NCBI RefSeq assembly: GCF_006345805.1
Contig: NW_021835976.1
Location: 1 to 64,000, forward strand
Direction: 5' to 3'
From: Octopus sinensis
Taxonomy: Eukaryota
Length of the DNA: 64,000 nucleotides
Made by a program: the position numbers and the translations under genes. The notes beneath the pieces are model-generated. The model worked only from the letters and a program-made list of their open reading frames with translations, ran no database searches and had not been told where the DNA came from. Shown in pieces: positions 12,303-25,619 of this stretch (positions are counted from its first letter, which is position 1; every line of letters starts with the position of its first letter).

Positions 12303-13720
12303 GGTAAGACTAAGCCCTCAAACATAGGAAAACCACCCTCTATCGAAAAACATAATATCCAAATTTCTACATTATGTATTTATAACCTATTTATAATTTC
12401 AAAATGGCCGCCAAACGTCCGACTAAGCAAACATATCCATATTTTAGGTGAATTTTTCTACCAAACAATCAAAGATTATATGCTCTAACTTGGAATGCCA
12501 ACAGATTGGAGTGACAGACTAGATGCTGAATCAAAGACATTGATGAAGTTGGCCTAGATTTCGTTGGGGCGGGGGGCACTCAGCCATATGCAGCAGTTCA
12601 TGAGTTTTTGACCCCTGGGTAATAGCTTTCAAGTGTCTCTGGATGACGAACAAATAAATCTATTCGCACTAAATCAGCATCTAGGCCAGTATCAAAGTAA
12701 TACACATGCGAACTTTCAGCCTATTATATTAATTATTCGCGGAGATATCGTGACTTAAAGATTGCTACTCATAGTCAGAAATGTAATTTTGAAATGAACG
12801 CAAAACACGCTGAAAATGGTTGATTTTACAACAATGTCCAACTACACAAGGATAATAGTCATATTTTAGAGAAATATTTTCTGCTTTGCAGTCTAATAAC
12901 GCCCAGAGGCATATCCTTGCGATTTGTATGATTATGCTATCTGAGAGCGCTTATGTCTCGTTTTGATTATGGATTTTTGTCCCTCACTCAGATGATGGCC
13001 ATGGTTGAGGCCTGAATTTTGAAAGACATGTATCCTTGCAATTTTTCCTTGATTGAAAATTATAATGGCATGTTTGACAGCTAACACCAGGCGCAATCGC
13101 CCGACAAATGTTGTTTTAGGATACCTTCCTAAACTAAGTTGTGAAATGATGCATTGTTAGTTTGTGATCCTCCGTGAAGGCACTTATCCAAGCGTTTGCT
13201 CTCATATAAGGCTACAATCACAGGCCTCATTTTATCCAGCACGAATTTTAGCAGGTAGTTTTTGTTTGTATAACGTTTATCGTCATGTAGGATTTGTCAC
13301 TAGAGCAGTTGCTGATGGCTGACCCATAATAACCATGTTTGGATAGGAAGGCTTTCTGTTTGAGCCTACACGCACCTCCAATACCAGTATACTTCTTGCC
13401 GTCATCACCGGTGAATGATTACCTTCTTTTTGCATGTACCAGATCCATCAGTCTGCGCGCCATCCTCTTCTGCACATGATCAGAGCATTCATATTTCTCA
13501 ATTTTGATATCCTTGTAGATGGGAGGATCAGCATTGGCAGACTAAGACAATAGATAGCAGAACAGGAGCTATTTATGCATCATAATTTAACCGTTTTTGA
13601 AAGAGGCTTGGGAGTTCCTGTTAGACATGGTTGAAGATGAAGACTTTCTCTTTTGATGGGGAAATCCCAGAATTGAAAATCTTGACCCGAACCACGAAAT
13701 CTGAGCTATTAGCACTGGCT
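12303..13720 (-). mobile_element. Kolobok-type (Mutator-like Pfam family) DNA transposon remnant
   Basis: 13538->12990 translates, with frameshifts, IEKYECSDHVQKRMARRL..GIGGACRL..YYGSAI..LDKCLHGGSQTNNASFHNLV..PKTTFVG..LAVKHAIIIFNQG. The left edge reads TTAA|GG. Confidence 0.7.
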
Positions 13721-13754
13721 TAATAATAATGATGATAATCCTTTCTATGGCAGA

Positions 13755-14155
13755 CATATAGAGGAGGGGGCTGGTCTATTACATCCACACCAGTACGCAA
13801 CTGGTATTTATTTTATCGATCCGTAAACGATGGGAGGCAAATTCGACCTCGGCAGAATTTGAAATTAGAACGTAAGGACGGGTGAAATGCCGCTAAGCAT
13901 TTTGCCCGGCGTGCTAACGATTCTACCAGCTCGCCGTCTTTTTTTTGCAACTTTTGCCACTAGGACAGCAATTTCAAGGGAGGAGATGAGATGATTACAT
14001 CGACCCCACTGTCCAACTGGTATCTATTTTATCGAACCCGAAAGATCAAAGGCAAAGTCGACCTCAGCGGAATTTGAAGTCAGAACATAGCGACAGGTGA
14101 AATACCGGTAAGAATTACGCCCAGCGCGCTAACGAATCTGCCAGCTCGCCACCTT
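13755..14155 (-). mobile_element. Two tandem SINE family A copies
   Basis: Each ends (plus strand) in GCTAACGA..CCAGCTCGCC. Confidence 0.9.
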
Positions 14156-14226
14156 TAATAATAATTATAAAAACAATAACAACAACAACAACAACAACAA
14201 AAACAACAACAACAATAATAATAATA

Positions 14227-14292
<66 letters not shown>

Positions 14293-14329
14293 CATAATAA
14301 TAATAATAATGATTTTGTTTCTTTGTCTC

Positions 14330-15530
14330 GTTTGACTACATCTATTTGTTTATAATTATAGAGGTGGTGATGTATCAAATTGTCTACGCTAATAGATAAG
14401 ACCCGGAGACTAGTATTAACGCGAAAGTGTTAATGGCAATTAGCCAGAAATATTAACAATGACAAATAGTAAAAAAAACGAAAATAAAAATATCAGTGAT
14501 GATAACAATAATAATGAAAGAAAACTGTTGGAATCTCCCCATGTCTTGATCGAAGATACATCTAGTTATGGTATCACAATAAAACACTTGTAATTGTGCA
14601 AACTGATAATCGCTACCTCATATAAGTGACAATGAGAAAACATGATATTGTGAATAACGGTGGTAATGAAACTGAAGCCCTTGATGGTGACAATGTTGCA
14701 CCCGGCAGACTCAGAGATACCGGTCCGATTCTCGCCAGTCGGTATCCAGCAAGGGACCAGCACACACGGCGTAGATGGAACAAACAAGTGAATGATGTGG
14801 TTATCGGGTGTTACTACCTGAGCAACCCCGTAGACGAAAATGGTGTTCATCTTCGGGGATACCGACAACATATGTATGATCAATGGAGAGAAAGAGAATT
14901 GTAATAACTCAGGGAAGAGAGATTATGTGATCAAGCTAAAGCGATAAACATTTTTTGTTTCAATGACTGAGGCTCTACTTAGAGCCCGAAGCTATCAAAA
15001 GACAGGTATTGAAAAACAACGGCAGAGGAAAATACAATTCCTACTGATAAAAGTAATCTCATAATAGAAAACAGAAGTGGAATCTCTAATAAGCCACAGG
15101 AAAGGAACAGTGTTAGCTTGCTCAATGAAAGATATATAGATGATTAGGAAGAAGATAATAAAGCTAATGGTGACATGACAGATGGGCAAAAGACAATCTA
15201 CGACAGAAAAAAGGCAAGTCTACAGGAGAACGATAGCAACATTATTTGCAAACTTAAAAAGATTGATTTGTGGAAATTGAACTAAGAAACGGAAAATGTG
15301 AATGAAATTCTGAAATGTTTCAGAACGAAAACATCACAGAATTAGACAATTTCATCAAGGCAGCAAGTATTGTTGTAGCAGAAAATGTGAGTGTTGATGT
15401 CAAGAAAAAGAAATATAATGGGAGGGACAAAGGAAAACATTCATGGTGGAAAAGAAGAATAAAGGCAGAGTTAGATGGTGCTCGAGAATAAAAGTGTTAC
15501 CTTAATTCACAGGTAGTAAACAGCTGACAC
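14330..15530 (+). mobile_element. R4/Dong-clade LINE 5' end (UTR and N-terminal ORF, degenerate)
   Basis: ORF 14626-14904 RRRWNKQVNDVVIGCYYLSNP..GYRQHMYDQW, continuing ERLCDQAKAI..ITELDNFIKAASIVV..WWKRRIKAEL. Preceded by (TAA)n at 14156-14310. Confidence 0.75.
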
Positions 15531-15584
15531 CCTAGTACGCCTCCAGCGCTAGAAGCTGTGCAAAGAGCCTACTGATAATAATAA

Positions 15585-15778
15585 TGGGTTCAAATTTTGG
15601 GGAAGGGGACAAGTCTATTACATGGACCTCAGTGTTCAACAGGTACCTATTTTATCGACCCCGGAAGAATGAAAAGCAAAGTTGATCTTGGCGGAATTTG
15701 AACTCAGAACGTAGTGACAGACGAAATGCTGCTAAGCATTTTGCCCGGCGTGGTAACGATTCTGCCAGCTCGCTGCTT
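15585..15778 (-). mobile_element. SINE family A
   Basis: Near-consensus copy followed by (AAT)n. Confidence 0.9.
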
Positions 15779-15830
<52 letters not shown>

Positions 15831-15859
15831 TAATAATAATAATACGACTGGAACAATAC

Positions 15860-17750
15860 TCATCATCTCCTGCATTCCCCATCTCTACCATCATCACCAT
15901 TATCATCACCACGAACACAACAAAATCAAAATGAAGAATACCAAAACCGTCACTTCAGTGCAGATTCTACACAATAATTATTAGCAAACATACACGAAAA
16001 TACACTTCTGAAATTACATTGGAGACACCACTAGCATTACTTCATCTGATATCACTAACGCCAAAAATCCCGATCCCATATAAATAAGCCACCACCCACA
16101 CTGGCATAAACAAGCTTTCTCACAACAGCTACCAACCTCATTACAATTACCAATCTACCAGCAACAATATCATTGACCATAACCGTCACAAAATGGAAAT
16201 ATCTAGTCTACCACCATCTTCACAACCTACCAGGAGAACGACTACCTTACAATCCATTACTAGAATCAATGACACCGCTACAAAAACCACTACCACACCG
16301 CTATCACCTCAAACATAACCACCAGCAAAGGCACGACTACTGCCTATACAAGTATGAGCGGTACCACTTTCACTGTGACATCGAGAACAACTACAACTAC
16401 GATCACTACAATCACTACCAATGCCGCAAGACTACTACCACCAACACCACAAATATCCAAACACGGGACACCACTATCGTTACTACTAATACAAGCATCA
16501 CTGCAACTACCATCACCACACATCATTACTAATACTACGACGGGCATTACCACATCCAAGGTCACTACAATCACCACTAGTACTACAACCACCTCTACAA
16601 CAGCTACTGTCACCACTACTACCTGGAAATATCTAGCCTACCACCATCTTCACAATCATTACGATACGAGGAGAACGACTACCTTACCATCCATCACTAG
16701 AATCAACGTCACCACTACAAAATTCACCACCACACCGCTACCACTTCAAACACAAACACTACAACAAGAATCAGTGCAACAACAACAACAACAGCAACAA
16801 CAACCAATAAAAGTAGCACTACCACCATCATCACTGTTAACACCACTACATTAATATCTCTATAACTGCAATTACTACAACCACTACTATCACAACAACA
16901 ACCAGTAACCCAACTACCACTACCCATAAGCATCAATGATACCAGTACTTGCTTTATCACGAACTTCACTCTCTCCTGTTTAGTATTATCATCACCGCTA
17001 CTGTCACCACCAGTACCACTATCACTATTACTACCGCCATTCTAACCGTCTTAAAAACGAACATTACCACCAATACCATCCCCACCACCGCTTCCGCTAC
17101 AACCATCCACAATTGTAAATAACGTCAGTATCTCTCCATCATCGCCTGCGATAAATCACCACTACCACCACCATCACCACCACTACCACCAACGTCAATA
17201 ACACCGCCACTACCACAACCAACACCACCGCCACCAATGTCACTACAACCGCCCTACCACTACCACCACTAACACATATTCATCAATACTACTACCCATA
17301 CTCTGTCACGATCGCATATATCTCTCAAATGCCCATTATTTCTTCTACATACAAAACTATCCCATATTATCACCACTACCACCGCCGCCACCACCACCAC
17401 CACCAGACAACAAGAGGAACATCACCACCGCCACCATGGCCCGTATGCCGCTACGTATGCTGCTACGTACACCGCCTACCGTCCAGGGACCATCACAAGC
17501 TTTACATCATTACCTCTACCACCACGACTACCATCAATATCAGCGCCACCACTACAAACACCACCGCCATCACTACAATTTCTCCCACTACCATCACCAC
17601 CACCACCACTACCACAACCATCGCTATCATCACTACTACTACCACTACCACCACAACCATCATCACCACCACCACTACCATCGCCCTCACCAACACCACC
17701 ATCACATTCACAACCACCACCACCACCACCACTACTACCCCTACCATCAA
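15860..17750. repeat. Degenerate (ACC/ACT/ATC)n low-complexity tract with an internal duplication of about 430-bp period
   Basis: TGGAAATATCTAG.CTACCACCATCTTCACAA at about 16194 and about 16624. Confidence 0.8.
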
Positions 17751-17771
17751 CAGCAGCGCAGTGCCATTTAC

Positions 17772-17832
17772 CAAAACCAAACAGAAGATAAGGAGTAAAG
17801 ATGGTGACAACGCAGATTTTATTTAATCCCAT
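17772..17832 (-). CDS. Candidate first coding exon, signal-peptide-like (MGLNKICVVTIFTPYLLFGF + G), phase-1 intron follows
   Basis: ATG at 17832, 61 nt, then donor G|GTAAAT. Hydrophobic N-terminus in a unique island next to promoter-like motifs. Downstream exons were not identified. Confidence 0.4.
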
Positions 17833-17839
17833 AATGTCT

Positions 17840-17925
17840 CAATTTCCGGTTCAGATTGTATACCTGTAACTGTATCCTGACAGTGCATCGTGGGAATGTA
17901 GTGAGACTGGCGGTGGGGGCGTGAC
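17840..17925 (-). promoter_or_regulatory. Promoter-like motif cluster: ETS, ZNF143/Staf-like, Sp/KLF GC box
   Basis: ACCGGAAAT (17842-17850), ACTACATTCCCACGATGCAC (17883-17902; one base shorter than the canonical spacing) and GGCGGTGGGGGCGTGA (17909-17924). Confidence 0.5.
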
Positions 17926-18919
17926 TCTGGGTCAGCCTCTGTTTGTCTGTCTCTGTGGCTTGCTGGCTGTCTACCTGGCTGGTTGGTTGGTTGGTGACGT
18001 GTCGGTTTGTTTTCTTGTCAAATTGCGTTAATCCGTCTTCACGTACGCTGTCGCATGTATATGCGCTTGTCTATGTATATTTGTATGCGTGATTATGCAT
18101 GTGATTTTGAGAGTCTCTGTGTGTCCATATATCAGTAAATATATATTTAAGACAGTCGTGTGCACAAATAGGCACGATTATAAGTGAGTGTGTGTGTGTG
18201 GTGTGTGTGTGCGTGTGTGTGTGTGAATGTGTGAAGTTGCACTTGTGCATATGTTAGTGAGTGGCTTCGTATATGCATTAGTCTCAATGTGTAATTACGT
18301 TGGGTGTATATGCATCAATGCGTACGACTATTTTTGTGTGTGTGTTGAATGTATGTAGTTGCACTTGTGGATATCTGAATGAGCGGCTTGGCATATGCAT
18401 TAGTCTCAATATGTAAAGGCGCTGGGGATACATGCATCGAACTGTGTGTATGTGTTTGCGTATGCGTGTGTTTGTGTGTGTGTTTGCGTGTGTGTGTGCA
18501 TTTCTGTGTATGCAGATATTTGTTTGTCATTCGCGTATGTGTATACCTGTGGTTTGGTTTGCATATATATATTGATGTCTTATCGCCTCGCCACTATGTG
18601 TGTACGAGTCTTTATATATATCGGTATGTATGTATGCATTTGTTTAGCTTTGTGTGAGCGTTTATTTACATTTGTATTTGTGTTTGTATATGTATGTTCA
18701 AAGTATGCATAATGGCTGTCTCAATTTAATTTTGTTTTAAACTTTTCATAATTTTAAATCTAAATAAACTTGACAATACATACAGAAGCACTTAAAAATG
18801 ATGTTAGCTATTTCTTTGATAATAAAATTTTTATTAGAATATTTTCTTAAGAAACTTTCGCTGTTTTTTAACTTTCACAACTGCTGAAGTTTACAACAAC
18901 TGTTGTAACATTTTCTTTT

Positions 18920-19525
18920 ATACTCTAGGCACGAGGCTCGAAATTTTGGGGGTTAAGCCATTCAATTAGATCGACACCAGTATGCAACTGGTACTTAATT
19001 TATTGACTCCGAAAGGATGAAAAGCAAAGTCGGCCTCGACAGCATTTGAACTCAGAACGTAAAGACCGCGCTAAGCATTTCGCCCACGTGCTAACATTCC
19101 TGCTAGCCCGCCGCCTTATATTTATTGTAAAATGATCTTTTCAGGGTCGATAAATTAAGTACCAGTTACGCACTGGGGTCGATGTAAACGACTTAATCCG
19201 TTTGTCTGTCCTTGTTTGTCCCCCTCAGTATTTAGCCCCTTGTGGGTAGTAAAGAAATATATATCTATTGTAAAATTGCAAAATTTGCTTAAATACGTGA
19301 GTCCATTGTATTGTTGATAGTATTATGAGAGTTGCAAGGTTAGCAGCGAGCTGGAAGAATCGTTAGCGCGACATTTCTTTTAGCTGTTTACATTCTGTGT
19401 TCAAATCCTACTAAGGCCAACTTGGCCTTTTATCCCTTCAGGGTTGAGAAAACAGAGTACTAATTAAATTATGGGATCCATGTAAATGATTAACATTCCC
19501 ACCATCAACATTTCGGGCCTTGTGC
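18920..19525. mobile_element. SINE family A cluster (18920-19117 minus; 19140-19258 plus tail; 19335-19525 plus)
   Basis: Matches to family A motifs. Confidence 0.85.
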
Positions 19526-19551
19526 ATATATTATTTAATAATGAAATAAAT

Positions 19552-20170
19552 GCCCCCTTTTAAAACCTAGCCAGGCTCATGAGCCAGGTTTCCCGGTTTC
19601 TATGGCGTATGTGTTCCCCAGCTGGACGGGACGCCAGTCGATCGCAGCGTTACTCATTTTTGCCAGCAACGTGAATTGAAGTGTTTTGCTCAAGAACACA
19701 ACGCGTCGCCCGGTCCAGGAATCGAAATCACAATCTTACGATCATGATGCTGACACCCTAACCACTAAGCCACGTGCCTCCGCATATATTATATACAAAC
19801 ATTATAGATGACAGCGCAACGGAAGACGTTACGCACATTTCAACACCCTCAGCGGTTTACTTTCTCTCTTCCGTGACTATGTCTATATTGCCGCCGTTAT
19901 TTGCCACCAAATGAAATATTTACAGCTCCCACGAACACCGAACTCATTACAGTACAATTTCCATGTCGTATAAATTATTGAGTCTACACAGTTGCTCCAT
20001 CCACCCACCGAACGGGACGCCGGTACATCATAAGGCTAACTTTTTCACTTATGGTGGAAATCATTTACAACTAAGTGGACTGGAGTAACTTGAAATATAA
20101 TGTTTTGTTTGTGGACACAGCTCATCGCCTGGTCTGAGAATCGAAACTACGATTTTGCAGTTGTGAGTGC
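19552..20170 (-). mobile_element. SINE family C copies (19552-19782 and about 20010-20170), tRNA head plus CORE-like domain
   Basis: Reverse complement GGCACGTGGCTTAGTGGTTAGGG..TTCGATTCCTGGACCGGGCGACGCGTTGTGTTCTTGAGCAAAACAC. Confidence 0.85.
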
Positions 20171-20189
20171 AAAGAGAATACAGAGTTAT

Positions 20190-21510
20190 CTTAGAACAAG
20201 AGACTAACCACCGAATGAGTGCATTTGACATCAAGCAGAGTCTGGATACCGAAAAGAGATACAAAATATCAGTCATAATCAAGGCATTTGGACTAAATGG
20301 TGGCACCATTCACATTCCAAGCACATTTCAGAAACAAAAAAAAAATGCCTTTGCTGATCCACAGCGCTCACAGAATTTGTAGCCTTGCCGAATAGAGTCT
20401 TAGGCTGTGCAATGATGACTGTATGTTCAACCGGATTCGATCTATAGAGTGTCCCCAAAACATTGATATCATTTGAAATGTGAATATCTGAGTAACGATA
20501 TGTCTGAGGCAAACGAAATTAAATAGGCGGGATGCGAATTTTATAACTGACTTCACAAAGCTTCACAAATGTTCAATATGCGCACCGCTTGTGATACGGT
20601 ACGCGTCAAGTCAGTAGACCAGCTCCTGCCAAGTATGCTGTAGTATGTCTTGCGTAATATTCTCCAGCACCTCAGTGAATCTCTGCTTGGGTTCCTCTAG
20701 GCTTGTAGGAATGTAGGGGGATATAAACCAGTCCTTTCGTAGAGATCCATAGAAAAAAAAATCACAAGGTGTTGAGTCAGGTAAACGTGGTGGCCGTTTC
20801 AACAGCACAACGTCATTATTACTGGCATGTCTGACCCAAACTTCGTATTTACACATTTTGTTAAAATTTTAGATCATTTGAGCGAGAACTAGCTTTGTTA
20901 TTTGACTTCGAAATGATATCAATTTTTTTTTGGGGGGGGGGTCCCCAGTATGTTATCCATCGACCTTACAATGAACTAAATATCAACTAACTGAAAAGTA
21001 CTGTCAATGGAGATAGGGTAGTGTCGTTAGCTCGAGATCTTTATCCTCATCCCACCACCAACTTCATGTATCCGAAAGGGAAATACAAGTATTCTAAGAG
21101 ATGTTTCTTTGCTCTTCCGATGCCCACCACCGTACAAATGAATCGTGACACATGAGAACTTAAAACACGTCTCACTTTTAGTCAAGAATTTTATTACCGA
21201 GCGCTCTGGCCTTCCTAAAGCTGCGATTTTAATGTAATAGAGCATTTCTGGAACAATTTCAATCAAGATATTAACGCTCGGATATCATCAAAACTCGACA
21301 ATTTGTTCGATGCCATCAGAGCGATCTGGAAACAAGTTATCATTTCACGATGCCAATGGCTAATAAAATTGATAACTCACAGATGTTGCTAAAACATTGA
21401 GTGAAAAGACTACACTAGATATTAATCTGCGAATATATTTGATTCACAATGAAGTCGTTTATTTCGATAATAATAATAATGTTTACACTTCCATTTTTTG
21501 AACATATGTC
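20190..21510 (+). mobile_element. Old Tc1-like transposase remnant, interrupted
   Basis: N-terminal-like piece at 20190-20400 and C-terminal-like LDNLFDAIRAIWKQV..RCQWLI..RC..TRY* at about 21270-21425. Confidence 0.45.
20444..20946 (-). mobile_element. Internally deleted Tc1/mariner-superfamily element
   Basis: RPPRLPDSTPCDFFFYG..WQELVY*LDAYRITSGAHIEHL* (WPPRSPDLTPCDF motif); TIR pair TTGATATCATTTGAA / TTCGAAATGATATCAA. Confidence 0.85.
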
Positions 21511-21794
21511 ATCTTGAATTTTTCAGTCAAAAGAAAAAAATAATGAATAAAAACACATTAAGAGAAAAATATTTTAAATTATTTTTCGGAACGGTGAATC
21601 ATGAAGCAGATAAATTCATTAATAATAGCGTGTACATATTGTGTTAAAACAACAACTTTGTATAGAAAAAAGTTCTGAGGCACGAAACTAAATGCCCTGT
21701 AAACAGAACAGGCGTTCCACCAGTGGACTCCGATTTTTCTATCCAAAGAATTTAAAACCCAATAATTACGCGCAGATATTTGTAGCTTCATCTA

Positions 21795-22160
21795 TGGCGG
21801 TGAGCTGACTGATCCGTCAACCATCTTCATGTTGTGAGTTCAAATTCGCCGAGGTCGACTTTGCTTTACATATTTCGGAGTCTATGAAAGAAGTACCAGT
21901 CGAGGACTGGGGGTCGATGTAATCGACTTACTCCCTCCCCTCAAAATTACTGGCCATGTATCAAAATTTATAACCAATATCATAGATTCAACTGTAAAAT
22001 ACTTAATGGCATTCTGGGTTCAAATCCCTCCAGGGTAGACTTTGCGTTTCATCTGTTTAGAGTAGATAAATAAGTACCTGTTCAGCACTAGGATCGATGT
22101 AAGCAAGCTACACGCTTTCTAGATTTTACTGGCCCTGTGCGAGATTTTGGAAGCAATATT
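21795..22160 (+). mobile_element. Two SINE family A copies
   Basis: GGCGGTGAGCTG..GAGTTCAAATTCGCCGAGGTCGACTTTGC. Confidence 0.8.
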
Positions 22161-22379
22161 TATTGCTTAATCTACGTCAAAATTCCCCGCCCCCGAAATA
22201 ATTATTCTACTTGCTTGACGTTTCTGAACTCTTAATTCAAATTAATATTTTCTTTATTTAATAAACTAGTTTCATAAAATACTGAAGTACATATCTATAT
22301 ATGTATATATATGTATTTATCTCTCTCTCTATCTCTCTCTTCCTCACTCTCTCTCTCTGTATATGAATATATATATATA

Positions 22380-22423
<44 letters not shown>

Positions 22424-22479
22424 TACATACATACATACACAGACATACACACACACACATATATGTATATGTATGTTAT

Positions 22480-22900
22480 ATGGGTACAAGACGTCACAAA
22501 CTGTACACAATGTGAAAACAAAAGCGTTGAATGCATAAACAACGAGAGAAACAAAACGAAAACATAAAGAACGATCCTTCATCAGTTGTCGGCTGTCCAT
22601 CTACACCGCAAACGCTTCTTTTCCTTCGGTTTCCTTGTATGTCTCCACTGTCCTGCTTTTGTTACCAAATTTGACTCTCCACAAATCCCAAATTTTATAT
22701 TGGTTTGAAGGAGCAACTGCCTTTGAAGACTCATATTGTGGTTCAATGCTCGAAATGAGGAGTAGATGGACAGCCAACAATGGATGAAGGTTCGTTCCTT
22801 ATGTTACTTGTCCTGTTTTCCATTTGTTTCTCTCGTTGTTTATGTAGTCTTTTGTGTTCGTATTCCATGTTGTTCATAGTTTGTGACGTCCTGTACACCT
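22480..22900. mobile_element. Fold-back element, about 130-bp diverged inverted repeats, probable Penelope-like remnant
   Basis: GTACAAGACGTCACAAACT..GGCTGTCCATCTAC versus GTAGATGGACAGCC..AGTTTGTGACGTCCTGTAC; decayed TTGAAGA..GAAA..GTA core in the spacer. Confidence 0.65.
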
Positions 22901-23949
22901 ATATGCATACATATATGTGTATGTATGTACTATACATATATATGCATATATAATTTATATTACGTTTGTGTGTGTGTGTGTGTAGTTTTTTTGTCGCGAT
23001 TCTTCTTGTTTCAGTGTTCTGATGTGTAGAATGGATAGGCTATGTGCTAAGAACGTGCAGACTGCTTAGAAACACGAGGTGAGTCATAAAAACATGCTCA
23101 GACTCGCTTCTCCAATACATGAAACTGTTTGTAGCTCGCATCGTTTAATTTTATACATTAAATTATGTTTAACTCCTAGAAGATTTAACTCCTGACATTG
23201 CGAGAAAATGAAAGAAAATTTTAGAATTTATTCTTTCTGTGCGACTAGTACCAAATGTTCCACGGACTAATACTGGGTGCTAAGGTATTGCAGACGTGGT
23301 TGGTAGTTTGAACTGAAAATGAGATACAGTGACGTTAGGATGGTACTATTTTAACACCTGTAACTCTTGAATATTTCTGATATCCATAGGTATGTGAAAA
23401 TAGGCGGAAAGCACAGTCTAATAGAAATGTCCTAGTGCTGCTTCGGTCAGGTCAGATCAGTTCAAGCCAGGAAAATCCAGTTACTGGTATCATGTCACCC
23501 TGTACTTACTTTCTTCTCCCACCTGCTTTGCACGGGGAAGGATGATGTTGAGGACCTCTTGGTGGACTCAAGATAAGGCCTATCAAAGCTCAAATGAGCT
23601 CCCTATGATCCAACGGCCATTCACACGAGTAATATCTCATGAAAACATCCCGCATGTGGGATGGCAATCTTTGCACCTAGCCGAAGGCCGTATCCACGAA
23701 AGCTACAATACAAGACATATTGTGCCCTCGAGTTGGACTCAATGTCCATGAGCGATGTGGTGTAGAGCAAGCAAGATTTTGCTGTTAGCATCTATAAAGC
23801 ACCTGGTACTCACTGTGGTTGACGCTAGGAAGGACTTATCACCACAGAAACCAGGTCAAAGCAAACACTGAAGCGCGATGCAATTTTGGTCCTACTTTGA
23901 ATCCTACTTTAAATCCCGTCCAAACCATGATGCGATGGAACATGGGTAT

Positions 23950-23952
23950 TAT

Positions 23953-23983
<31 letters not shown>

Positions 23984-24758
23984 GGAGGAGGAGAGGAGGA
24001 GGAGGAGGAGGAGGAGGTAGAGGGAGGTGAAGTTTATGATGATGATGATGGTAATCATTATGAAGTGGTGGAGAATGATGAATGTGATGATGGTGGCGAT
24101 GCTGCTGCGGCTGCTACTGCTGCCACTGATGATGATGATGGTGATGAAGTTGATGGTGACGACGACGACGACGACGACGATGATGATGATGAGGATGATG
24201 ATGATGATGATGAACCGCAATTTCCACTTGCAAGAATTAGTAGCTAAATACTCGTCACCATGGTTATTTAAAGAGGCAGCACACGTAATGAAGAGCCCCA
24301 TCGTTGTTTCTAACCTTGTTGTTGTTGTTATCGGTGGTGGTGGTGGTGGTGGTGGTGGTGGTGGTGGTGATGATTGTGGTGATAAAGGCTGTGGTAACGG
24401 TTGCGGTCGGGCTGGCGGTGCTGCTGGCGCTGTTGTAGTCGTTCATGATGATGATGATGACGACGACGACGATGATGATCATGATGATGATGATGACGAC
24501 GATGACGACGACGATGATGCTGCACGTGATAAATATTGTTGAAGGTATTGTTTAATGTACCGTTATCACTGTTGTTGGTCTTTGTTCTTTCCGTTTTTTT
24601 CTTCTTCTTCTTCTAAACGATCACATTGTTCGAGGTGTTTCCTACTCTACTTTTGTTGTTGTTAGTATCGCTATTGTTGTTGTTTTAGCTGTTGTTGTTG
24701 CAGTTGTTGTAAATGATATTGTTAAAAGTATTTCTTTATTGTACCTTCATTATTATTA

Positions 24759-24837
<79 letters not shown>

Positions 24838-24971
24838 CATTGTCGTTATTGTTGCTGTTGATGATGATGATAATGAGGATAATGTTGTTTTCAGAAATCA
24901 GGATATTGTGAGAAGTATTTCTTAATGCACCGTTATTGTTACTGTGGTATTGTCATTGCTGTGATTATTGC

Positions 24972-25011
<40 letters not shown>

Positions 25012-25136
25012 AATACTGTTAACGATATTAATACGCTGTTTGTTATTGTTGTAAATGCAATTGTATTTGGAAATGACAGATGTAATGTTTAAATGCACCA
25101 TTGTTATTGTTCGTATTATTATTATTATTATTATTA

Positions 25137-25184
<48 letters not shown>

Positions 25185-25600
25185 TGTTGTTGTTGTTATT
25201 ATTAATGAATCTGCTTTTGTTGTTGCTTTTATTTTTATTAACATTATTCGAATGCTTACGTATCGTTGTTGTTATTGTTGTACATGATAATGTCCTAAAT
25301 AATACCATTTATAGTCGCTAATGTTGCTGTTGTTGTTATCGTTCCAGTTGCTATTTACTATTATTGTTGTTATCCTTTATTCTTTGTATTTCTTTATTTG
25401 TTATCTTTTTCATTATTAGCAGTTGTTTTTCTAACGTTTTTGTTTGTTTCTCTCTTCGTTGTTATTTGATGTTGTTTTTGTTGTTTTTGAAATGTGCAAT
25501 ACGTTTTTGTTATTTGTTTTTTTTTTGTGGTATCATTTTAATTGCAATATTATAGTTGATGTTGACGCTGTTATTACTTTTACTGTGATTGCTGTAACCA
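23950..25600. repeat. (ATG)n, (AGG)n, (GGT)n, (ATT)n and (GTT)n tracts
   Basis: Directly visible. Confidence 0.95.
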
Positions 25601-25619
25601 TTATTATTTACTGTTCTAA

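Noticed and set aside
15860-17750. Mucin-like Thr-rich coding region
   Set aside because: Frequent stops and frame changes; explained by degenerate ACC/ACT repeats.
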